NCBI GenBank assembly: GCA_041494705.1
Contig: JBGQBI010000002.1
Span: forward strand, 90,001 to 122,000
DNA from: Candidatus Methanoperedens sp.
GTDB lineage: Archaea; Halobacteriota; Methanosarcinia; Methanosarcinales; Methanoperedenaceae
Length of the DNA: 32,000 nucleotides
Reading direction: 5' to 3'
The position numbers and the translations under genes are program-made. How positions within the stretch are numbered: position 1 is the stretch's first letter; every line of letters starts with the position of its first letter. The notes under the pieces are model-generated. The model searched no databases. It was not told the DNA's origin and saw only the letters and a list, made by a program, of their open reading frames with translations. Of this stretch, positions 10,266 through 17,103 are shown piece after piece.

Positions 10266-11186
10266 TCACATTAAACCCGCATACCCCTTATTCTCATTCC
10301 ATTTCCTTTTACCTTTAACATTCAGTATAATGTCTCCCGATACTCCGAAAAAATACGATAACGGCAGCCCGATATACAGCACAGCACCGATCAATCCAAG
10401 GGCTTTTGTCTTTTTTGTAGTTTTATCTATTTCCGAGTACAATATGTCCTGGCTTTTTTCTCCTGCAAGGGATTTGCAAATCATTTTAATGCTTTCCACA
10501 GCTATTTCCGTGCTCCATGAAATGCATTCTGATAGGGGAGTTTTGCTTCCGCCGAAGGAAGTTTTTCTTTTCATGATGGATTTCCTTAGTTCCTCTGAGG
10601 TTTTCCCCTCAAAAATCGTGTATCCGTTGCCTATCATATCTATTGAATGGGCATCGCTGCTCCCCAGCTTTGCCAGTTTTCCGGGAGAGAAGGTCTGTGC
10701 CATTAAATTGGAGTAGGCATCACGATGGTATGCATTGAATACTTCCACACCGTCCAGTTTTAAATCGTGTATCCTTGTTTCGAGAGAGTGGCAATGTGGA
10801 CTAAAAGGATGAGCAGCCACAGCAATGCCTCCCTGTTCATGGATAAGGTCGATGGTCTCAGGCGCGCTGAGCATGGGTTTGATTTCCTCCTGGATAAACA
10901 ATGCCAGGATTTCACCATCTGCGCTTGATATTTCTTCACCGATTACAACGTCGATATCTCCTGAGCATTTATTAGCGATGGTAGCGCCCTGGATTGTATT
11001 ATGGTCTGTTATGCACAGGACATCAAGTTTTTTCCTGCGGGCAGCCTCAACGGCTTTTACAGGCTCGGTGACGGATTCAGGGAAATGGAGAAAAGAATAG
11101 CTTCCAAACCCTGAATACCTTGTATGCACATGAGTGTCTGCCCTACCCTGCAGTTTTTCTTGATTTATGATTCCCATGCAATACAA
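10266..11186 (-). CDS. PHP-domain metal-dependent phosphoesterase with C-terminal membrane anchor
   Basis: 306 aa. PHP motifs DTHVHTRYS, ITDHNT, AAHPF, SSDAHS. C-terminal hydrophobic helix ALGLIGAVLYIGLPLSYFFGV. An alternative start is M4 (11177). Confidence 0.8.
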   Translation of the reverse strand: MYCMGIINQEKLQGRADTHVHTRYSGFGSYSFLHFPESVTEPVKAVEAARRKKLDVLCITDHNTIQGATIANKCSGDIDVVIGEEISSADGEILALFIQEEIKPMLSAPETIDLIHEQGGIAVAAHPFSPHCHSLETRIHDLKLDGVEVFNAYHRDAYSNLMAQTFSPGKLAKLGSSDAHSIDMIGNGYTIFEGKTSEELRKSIMKRKTSFGGSKTPLSECISWSTEIAVESIKMICKSLAGEKSQDILYSEIDKTTKKTKALGLIGAVLYIGLPLSYFFGVSGDIILNVKGKRKWNENKGYAGLM

Positions 11187-11231
11187 TTATCACATTAACA
11201 AAATAAAGGTAATCGCAATAAAATATATAAT

Positions 11232-11654
11232 CTATATAGATTTGGCGCAGAATTCTTCCTGTATCCTTGACTTTATCTCATCCCTGACCTTCCTGAATGC
11301 GGAAAGTATCTCGTTTTCAGACCCTTCCGTCTTTGCCGGGTCATTAAAACTCCAGTGTAAACGACGGGCAATGCCTGGGAAAACAGGGCAGGTTTCTCTT
11401 GCAGCATCGCATGTGGTTATAATGAAATCAAAACTCGTCCCTTGGAACTCCTCTACCGATTTTGACCAGTGCCCTGAAATATCAATGCCAATTTCTGCCA
11501 TGACCTTTATAGCCATAGGATTTACAACTGAAGGCCTGGTTCCCGCGCTGAATACATCAAACTCATCGCCCCTCAGATGCCACAAAATCCCTTCTGCCAT
11601 CTGGGAACGGCAGGAATTTCCTGTGCAGAGGAATAACACTTTTTTCTTTTTCAT
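11232..11654 (-). CDS. arsC: Arsenate reductase, LMW-PTPase family (thioredoxin-coupled type)
   Basis: 140 aa. P-loop CTGNSCRS near the N-terminus and a second cysteine pair in TTCDAARETCP, as in ArsC of the LMW-PTP class. Confidence 0.8.
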   Translation of the reverse strand: MKKKKVLFLCTGNSCRSQMAEGILWHLRGDEFDVFSAGTRPSVVNPMAIKVMAEIGIDISGHWSKSVEEFQGTSFDFIITTCDAARETCPVFPGIARRLHWSFNDPAKTEGSENEILSAFRKVRDEIKSRIQEEFCAKSI

Positions 11655-11709
11655 TTCTTGAATTACACCTTCAACCTGAATTAAGCTTCTTCTTATAATC
11701 TATATACCA

Positions 11710-12468
11710 CTATATACCCAGTATAGAATAGATAAAATCGCCATAGAATGCAGCCGCGAAAAACCCTACTGTTATGGAAATCATAAACGGCAAGCCGGGG
11801 GTCACCCAGACCTCATCTTTAATTATACCCAGTTCTTCCAGATTCTTAAGCTCTTTGATTGTTTTCTCGTTAATTTCCACGCCGCCCGGCTTGAAACGGA
11901 ATTGATTCTTACCATCTGCCACTTCAAAATCCTGGATTAACCTGATATGTTTATTTGCAAGCTCTGAAATTTTAGTTTTATAACCTATGAAAATATATAC
12001 GGGATTATCAATATGCCAGCCCATTTTCGTTATATTAAATACTGCTAACCCGATGGGGACAATAATCGTCAACAGGGCTGCGTTGCCAAATACGCTGAGT
12101 GTGAAAATATCATACAGAGGTTTATTCAATGGAAGGGCATAGCCGAATGCCTGGAACGCCGGATAGGCAGGAAGGATTATCGACAGGACGATAAGAGATT
12201 TAGCGTCAGCCCCGCCGAATAAACCTAATTGAAAAGTGACATACACAAGCATGAACATGAATCCTGCCGAGATGAATAAGGTAAGGAGATATGATATGCC
12301 GTACTTTGAGGTATCATAAAGGATAAAAAAAATGCTGCCAGCAAGCATTACCAGCCACACTTTGTTGGTTACGCTGCGCTTTTTAATATCCGAATAACAT
12401 GCGTAAAGCAGAAACGGCGTGCAGAATAAAATCTTTAAAATATCGAGCATGCTCTTTTCCAGGGTCAA
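11710..12468 (-). CDS. Archaeal prepilin/preflagellin peptidase (peptidase family A24, FlaK/PibD/EppA-like)
   Basis: 252-aa polytopic protein with the two A24 aspartate motifs (CYSDIKKR and FGGADAKS) and a soluble insertion before the last TM helices. Confidence 0.85.
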   Translation of the reverse strand: MTLEKSMLDILKILFCTPFLLYACYSDIKKRSVTNKVWLVMLAGSIFFILYDTSKYGISYLLTLFISAGFMFMLVYVTFQLGLFGGADAKSLIVLSIILPAYPAFQAFGYALPLNKPLYDIFTLSVFGNAALLTIIVPIGLAVFNITKMGWHIDNPVYIFIGYKTKISELANKHIRLIQDFEVADGKNQFRFKPGGVEINEKTIKELKNLEELGIIKDEVWVTPGLPFMISITVGFFAAAFYGDFIYSILGI

Positions 12469-12475
12469 ATAAATT

Positions 12476-12658
12476 TTATTGTTTACAGACAGGAACCTTC
12501 GCTATAATCCTGGTTTCAGGAACCCTGTCCCACCTGTTGAAACTGCTGATATAAAGTATATCCTCATTGCGGCTCCTTTCGATAAACTGGACATCTCCTT
12601 CCTGGATTTCACCAGTTTCGAGTTTGAATTTTACTATGTCTCCTGTAGAATATTCCAT
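12476..12658 (-). CDS. Hypothetical 60-aa protein
   Basis: ORF-track entry 7 nt upstream of the peptidase gene on the same strand. No family recognised. Confidence 0.3.
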   Translation of the reverse strand: MEYSTGDIVKFKLETGEIQEGDVQFIERSRNEDILYISSFNRWDRVPETRIIAKVPVCKQ

Positions 12659-12696
12659 AAATCACCGTCATTCGTTTTTATCTGATGGCTGAATTG

Positions 12697-12732
12697 AAAA
12701 AAAAAAAGTATTATGAGGATTGCTCCTCATAA
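12697..12732 (-). terminator. Hairpin plus T11 terminator downstream of the pilin-PstS1 gene
   Basis: On the minus strand, TTATGAGGA-GCAA-TCCTCATAA (9-bp perfect stem, 12711-12732) is followed after 3 nt by eleven T (12697-12707). It begins 15 nt after the stop at 12747. Confidence 0.7.
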
Positions 12733-12746
12733 TTGAGTTTGTTTAT

Positions 12747-13862
12747 TTAAGGTCTGAAGAATCCTGTCTGCTCTACGATGGTCTGCCCGTCGTTGCTCAG
12801 TACATAGTCAAAGAATGCCTTCTCTGCGCCTGTCGGGACTCCCTGGCTGTAGTAGTAGAGGTCGCGTGCAAGTCCTTTGCCACTTACAGTGGTTACAGTC
12901 CTGCTTGCTGCATCGTAGGTATTAGCGCCTATACCCTTGGTGGTCTTGCTTGCCACAGTGCCATTCATCGAGGCTGCAATGTCAGCGGCGTTTCCATTAA
13001 CTCCGCCTGCTGCAAAGCCAACATCAACGAAGCCGATCGAATTTTTATTTGCTGCAATGTAGTCTCTTACTCCCTGGTTGCCCTGTGCCCCGGTTGCAGA
13101 TGAACCTGTTAGCTGTTTGGATGTAGTATCTTGCATACCAATCCATGCTGCAAAGGTATCTTCTGTTCCTGAGTCATCTGAGCGCTGGACTGTCGTTATA
13201 TTTTTTGCAAAAGTTCCAAGTTTAGTTCCATCTATTGCACCACTTACATACCCAGCTTTCAAATCAACGAAACTTATGTTAAGGATATAATTGGTTGGAT
13301 CATAGGCGGAAGTATTGCCGGGGATAATGTTTATTGCTTTAACATTATTAGTTCCATCGTTCAAATACCCTGCAAGTACAATCATGCCTGTTCCGATTTT
13401 TGTCTCATAGAGGAACGCATTGGCTCCTGCTGCCTGTATAACTGCACTCCCTCTGCCGTCGTACGATAAGCCTGTGGTTGTGTCTGTTGATGTACTATCC
13501 GGCCAGATGTCGGAGCTTGCTCCTACATCAACCTGTTTGTTGAAGACAAGCGCCCTGCCTGTTCCTGAGCCGCCGCCGCCGAGATGGATTGTTACTGATG
13601 GATACAGCTTTTCGAACGCTGCGATTTCAGCCTGTGTTATGGGTAATACTGTAGTACTGCCTTTGATTGCGAAATCTCCTGATACGTCAAGATGCTGACT
13701 TCCCACCTGACCTTCTGTATTCTTCTGCGCATTCTGGACAATCATGCCAATGCCCGCTGCTGCCACTGCTGCAATCACGATTAAAATCAGTGTTGCAATA
13801 GCAGGGGAAATGGCTTTAGAGTCCTGAAGGAATGCTTTTATTCCTTTAGTATTTATTCTCAT
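12747..13862 (-). CDS. PstS-family (PBP_like_2) phosphate-binding protein with archaeal class III (pilin-type) signal peptide
   Basis: I prefer ATG 13862 (GGAGG 7 nt upstream) over the ORF-track start 13931. N-terminus: MRINTKGIKAFLQDSKA|ISPAIATLILIVIAAVAAAG. The body carries PstS-type signatures GSTTVLP, GGGGSGTG, VGASSD, VQRSDDSGTED. Confidence 0.8.
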   Translation of the reverse strand: MRINTKGIKAFLQDSKAISPAIATLILIVIAAVAAAGIGMIVQNAQKNTEGQVGSQHLDVSGDFAIKGSTTVLPITQAEIAAFEKLYPSVTIHLGGGGSGTGRALVFNKQVDVGASSDIWPDSTSTDTTTGLSYDGRGSAVIQAAGANAFLYETKIGTGMIVLAGYLNDGTNNVKAINIIPGNTSAYDPTNYILNISFVDLKAGYVSGAIDGTKLGTFAKNITTVQRSDDSGTEDTFAAWIGMQDTTSKQLTGSSATGAQGNQGVRDYIAANKNSIGFVDVGFAAGGVNGNAADIAASMNGTVASKTTKGIGANTYDAASRTVTTVSGKGLARDLYYYSQGVPTGAEKAFFDYVLSNDGQTIVEQTGFFRP

Positions 13863-13965
13863 TTCTATCCTCCAATTTTTGGTTCGGTGACGCCCACCGG
13901 TATTGCCCAATGTATTATCATCTATCTTCAAATCGAAGTTTGGCGGACACGGATTTATAGCATCA

Positions 13966-14516
13966 CCAGATTACCTTAATTTCATAAACTATTTCAGGAT
14001 AAGCCTCATAAACTATAGAGAGTAATATAGTCTATTTTTATTCTTCAAAACAATGAAACCGGTGCCCTCCGGTTGGGGTCTCGAAGGGGCTGGGGGCACC
14101 GATTCATGGTTAATGAAGCCCTGCACCAGGGTAAAAAAAGTGAGATATGTTAAGGGCTTCATGTTTCTCCTACGGGTTGTGATTTAGCGGCGTGTGTATA
14201 GGCCGCCAGATTACTCTAATATCAGAAACTATTTCAGGATAATCCTCATAAACTATATAGAGCCATATAGTCTATTTTTTATTCTACGGGAGATGAAACC
14301 GGTGCCCATGATAGGTTCTTGAAGGCGGTTGTTGGGGCACCGTTTCATGGTTAATGAAGCCCTGCACTGAGGAAAAAAAGTACGAGATATTATGGGCTTC
14401 ATATTTCTCCTCTGTTTTTGGGCTCATCTGCTGTTTGAGCCACGGCCTATCCTAATATCAGGAACTATTTCAGGATAATCCTCATAAACTATATAGAGCC
14501 ATGTAGTCTATTTTTG
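13966..14516. repeat. Tandem repeat, period 240 bp, 2.3 copies (A 13966-14205, B 14206-14445, partial C 14446-14516)
   Basis: Each unit starts with a promoter-like A/T segment of about 64 nt (ctaatatcagRaactatttcaggataatcctcataaactatatagagccatRtagtctattttt). Copies B and C differ at 2 positions there. Copies A and B then carry two conserved inverted repeats: atgaaaccggtgccc...gggcaccgWttcat and atgaagccc...gggcttcat. Confidence 0.85.
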
Positions 14517-14565
14517 AAACTTTTTAATTTTTTCTGGGTAAATGAATCCAGATAAGGATAATCGA

Positions 14566-14635
14566 CCACAGAGCACACAGAGAGCACAGAGAATTGCCTC
14601 TTTTCTCTGTGTCCTCTGTGCTCTCTGTGGTTTTT
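14566..14635 (+). terminator. 28-bp imperfect hairpin built from CACAGAG-type units, followed by T5 (terminator-like on the plus strand)
   Basis: The left arm is ccacagagcacacagagagcacagagaa (14566-14593) and the right arm is ttctctgtgtcctctgtgctctctgtgg (14603-14630). They pair at 24 Watson-Crick positions plus 1 G-T out of 28. tttttc follows at 14631. Confidence 0.4.
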
Positions 14636-14683
14636 CAAACCAGAAGATAATAAAAAGTCTCCTATTTTTATCATGGGGAATAA

Positions 14684-14857
14684 TCAAACAGCACTCTTTT
14701 TGTGTGCAAGAAAAATCACGCCAAGCGCGCCCATTACGGGAAAAACTGCAAAAACCGCAGCCGGAAGATAATTTGATGGGGAATACCATGATACTGAAAC
14801 GGCGCTGTACAGTGCAAGAACCAAAAGCACAAGTGCACCCGCAAATTCGTTTCGCAT
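14684..14857 (-). CDS. Hypothetical 57-aa two-TM membrane peptide
   Basis: My translation is MRNEFAGALVLLVLALYSAVSVSWYSPSNYLPAAVFAVFPVMGALGVIFLAHKKSAV. It is below the ORF-track cutoff and has two clear hydrophobic helices. Confidence 0.3.
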   Translation of the reverse strand: MRNEFAGALVLLVLALYSAVSVSWYSPSNYLPAAVFAVFPVMGALGVIFLAHKKSAV

Positions 14858-15215
14858 AACATGATTTGGTTAAATCGCAAGATAAAGCCTTTCACTATAG
14901 AAACAATAGAGGTATAGAGAACATTATCCTTCTTTCAGCACCATATTCACGCAGAAAACGGTCAAATTGTGAGTTCTATCAAGTCTGCGTCAGTTCTGTA
15001 AGTCTGTAATAAATCGTCTGATATTAAAAAGGGGTTTTTAGTTTATTAAACTCACTGTGATAGATTCTTAAACCAAAGATACCAGGCATACACTACAACT
15101 AATATCGCAGCTATTATGAATACATAAACCCAAAAAATGATATTTTCAATCATTGAACCCTGTTACGATAACCTGAGGATAAATAAGGACTGAGTTTCTT
15201 CTTGATAAATAAAAA

Positions 15216-15467
15216 TCACTGAGCACCAACATTTTTCTTGTGCTCTGTTTGGCTGGCATTCTGAATTAAGGTAATCCACTTATTCTCACCTGCTTTGATT
15301 CTGCCAGCTTCGGCAGGGGTCTCATAATCAAATAATGACCGTTGATATTTGGGGATGGATTTTTTATGAGATTCGTATAAAATTCTGTGCCAGATAAGAT
15401 ATGTTTTTATTTCGTTCATTATGTCAAATAATTTACTAATACGTTTTTTTAACATATTTTCACCCAA
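15216..15467 (-). CDS. Hypothetical 83-aa protein
   Basis: ORF-track entry only. No family recognised. Confidence 0.25.
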   Translation of the reverse strand: MGENMLKKRISKLFDIMNEIKTYLIWHRILYESHKKSIPKYQRSLFDYETPAEAGRIKAGENKWITLIQNASQTEHKKNVGAQ

Positions 15468-15557
15468 CCATTTAAATCATAAAATGATATATAAAAGTAA
15501 TCTGTAGTGAGTATTGTTTCTATTGAGAATGTGATACATGAACAAAACGCCAAAGAG

Positions 15558-15992
15558 CTAACATTTTTTCTGCAAAATCGCCCATCCTGATAAAAATATA
15601 GCCATCATAATCGTTATTGCTGAAATTGCAAGGATAGCATTGGAGTAGGCTGCGTTCTTGAAATACCATGAAAAACCGCCAAAAGTATGTGCCAGTGAGA
15701 GCAGGATAAGTATGGCTGATGCAGGATAAAAGAGCTTTTCATCCCGGGAGAGCATTTTCAGGACAAAGTATGAAGCGGCAAAGGAGAAAATCACAGTAAA
15801 CACAAAGTAAGGTATCAATAAGTCGTGCCTGACTGCATATACCAGCAGCGGGCTGAATTCGTTCTGCACCAGGTTCTCCTTCGTGCCTGAAAGCCAGATG
15901 GTAAAAGAGTAGTCTATAATTGCCGACATTGCAAAAAAGAAAGGTACGGCTATCAGCAGCTTCCCTGGAATATCATTCTTTAACACCATCAA
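15558..15992 (-). CDS. Hypothetical 4-TM membrane protein
   Basis: 144 aa with four hydrophobic segments. It lies directly downstream of the pilin-PstS2 gene on the same strand. Confidence 0.5.
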   Translation of the reverse strand: MMVLKNDIPGKLLIAVPFFFAMSAIIDYSFTIWLSGTKENLVQNEFSPLLVYAVRHDLLIPYFVFTVIFSFAASYFVLKMLSRDEKLFYPASAILILLSLAHTFGGFSWYFKNAAYSNAILAISAITIMMAIFLSGWAILQKKC

Positions 15993-16040
15993 TAAGTATT
16001 ATAGATTCACAAGTATATAAAATTAGTTAAACAAGTATAT

Positions 16041-16994
16041 CTAATTAAATTCCCTCGTATAGCTTATGTATCCATTCTTCTCTATAATATCCTGTCCTTC
16101 AAATGACCTCGCCCACTTTATGAAGGAATCCACAAGTGAGGGATTACCTCTGGTTACAAAGTAGAGCGGATGGGCAAGCTCTAAGGGATAATAGGAATTG
16201 TTCACGTCACTGCTGGCGGCTGCCACCGTAAAATTGGAGTGGCTCATGTTTGTATATGTTACCCCGCTGTCTTCATTATAGAGATTTGCTATATTCACGC
16301 TCTGTCCACGTTTATCCTGGGAATCAACATAACCGTATTCTATAAATCCTATAGAACCGGGCATATTTTTCACAGCATCAAGCATCCCGGCGCTGCCTGT
16401 AACCGCAGTAATGCTTGAGTTGATTGAAGTATTTCCGATATACTGCAAAAATGCTCTCTCTGTGCCTGGAGAACCTGTCATTTGATATGCTGTGCATGTC
16501 TTATTTGTGTCATCGTAGCATCCTCGTAGTGTACTTTTACTAAAGTTGCCGACCGGGCCATTGACTATAATCACAATTCCCGAAGTGCCAAGCTTTTGAG
16601 CAACGAGGTCCGGGTATTTTCCCATCTCATCCGGAGAAGGCAATCTATCTGTGACTCCTATATCTGCTATGCCGGTACCCACCTCACCAATGGAAACATT
16701 CGAAGTCATATTCAATGCCGCACTCGCTTGTAACTGGAGCATCACGCCGAGACTTTTATCATTATAAGCATTCACCAGAGGTAAAATGGCAGGGTAGGCA
16801 AGGTCTGAACTTATGATATTTATCTTTATAGATGTACGATCTGCACTGTTACTCTTGCCTGCTACCTTATCGGTCTGGGAGTTCATATTCTGCATCATGC
16901 CAGAGAGAAATGTCACGCTTCCAGCCACCACCATGATAAGCATCAGAGAGGCGACCACCGGGGATACTGCATTTGTGTCTTTAATAATCTTCAT
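16041..16994 (-). CDS. Divergent PstS/PBP_like_2-fold protein with class III (pilin-type) signal peptide
   Basis: 317 aa. N-terminus: MKIIKDTNA|VSPVVASLMLIMVVAG. The body aligns by eye to the PBP_like_2 layout (IADIGVTDRLPSPDEM, GIVIIVNG, TGSPGTERAFLQYIG, IGFIEYGYV). The canonical GST/GSGxG anion-binding motifs are replaced (ISSDLAYP, QASAAL). Confidence 0.7.
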   Translation of the reverse strand: MKIIKDTNAVSPVVASLMLIMVVAGSVTFLSGMMQNMNSQTDKVAGKSNSADRTSIKINIISSDLAYPAILPLVNAYNDKSLGVMLQLQASAALNMTSNVSIGEVGTGIADIGVTDRLPSPDEMGKYPDLVAQKLGTSGIVIIVNGPVGNFSKSTLRGCYDDTNKTCTAYQMTGSPGTERAFLQYIGNTSINSSITAVTGSAGMLDAVKNMPGSIGFIEYGYVDSQDKRGQSVNIANLYNEDSGVTYTNMSHSNFTVAAASSDVNNSYYPLELAHPLYFVTRGNPSLVDSFIKWARSFEGQDIIEKNGYISYTREFN

Positions 16995-17103
16995 ATGCTT
17001 TTCTGTGTATTTTTTTCTCTGATATAACTTATCTATATAGATTATAGGGTATTCTATACCAGGACGCAGCCAGCAGCGCTAAGAGATAAAACATGGAAGC
17101 TGC

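Noticed and set aside
11167-11661. 164-aa plus-strand ORF
   Set aside because: It is exactly antisense to arsC, which has clear catalytic motifs.
12747-13931. Longer ORF-track start (13931) for pilin-PstS1, and likewise 18552 for the surface protein and 30803 for the IMPase-like gene
   Set aside because: The internal ATGs place the signal peptides at the true N-terminus. ATG 13862 has GGAGG upstream, ATG 18474 begins a Sec signal peptide, and ATG 30857 begins MEIETL. They also avoid long overlaps with neighbouring genes.
14010-14420. 49-aa minus-strand ORFs inside repeat copies A and B, each preceded by AGGAG/GAGGAG (MKPLTYLTFF... and MKPIISRTFF...)
   Set aside because: The two copies are frame-shifted relative to each other through the middle of the ORF, so the protein sequence is not conserved although the nucleotide hairpins are. 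This favours RNA/DNA structure over coding. I cannot fully exclude it, since both copies stay open.
13966-14516. Possible CRISPR array
   Set aside because: The period is 240 bp with long conserved units and only 2.3 copies. There is no short repeat/unique spacer alternation and there are no cas genes.
14489-14859. ORF-track entries 14489-14674, 14508-14789 and 14542-14859
   Set aside because: They read through the CACAGAG hairpin and the repeat unit on both strands and give low-complexity peptides. The 57-aa two-TM ORF (14684-14857) is the only plausible coding frame here.
15052-15153. 33-aa hydrophobic minus-strand micro-ORF (MIENIIFWVYVFIIAAILVVVYAWYLWFKNLSQ)
   Set aside because: It is too short and isolated to call without conservation or expression data.
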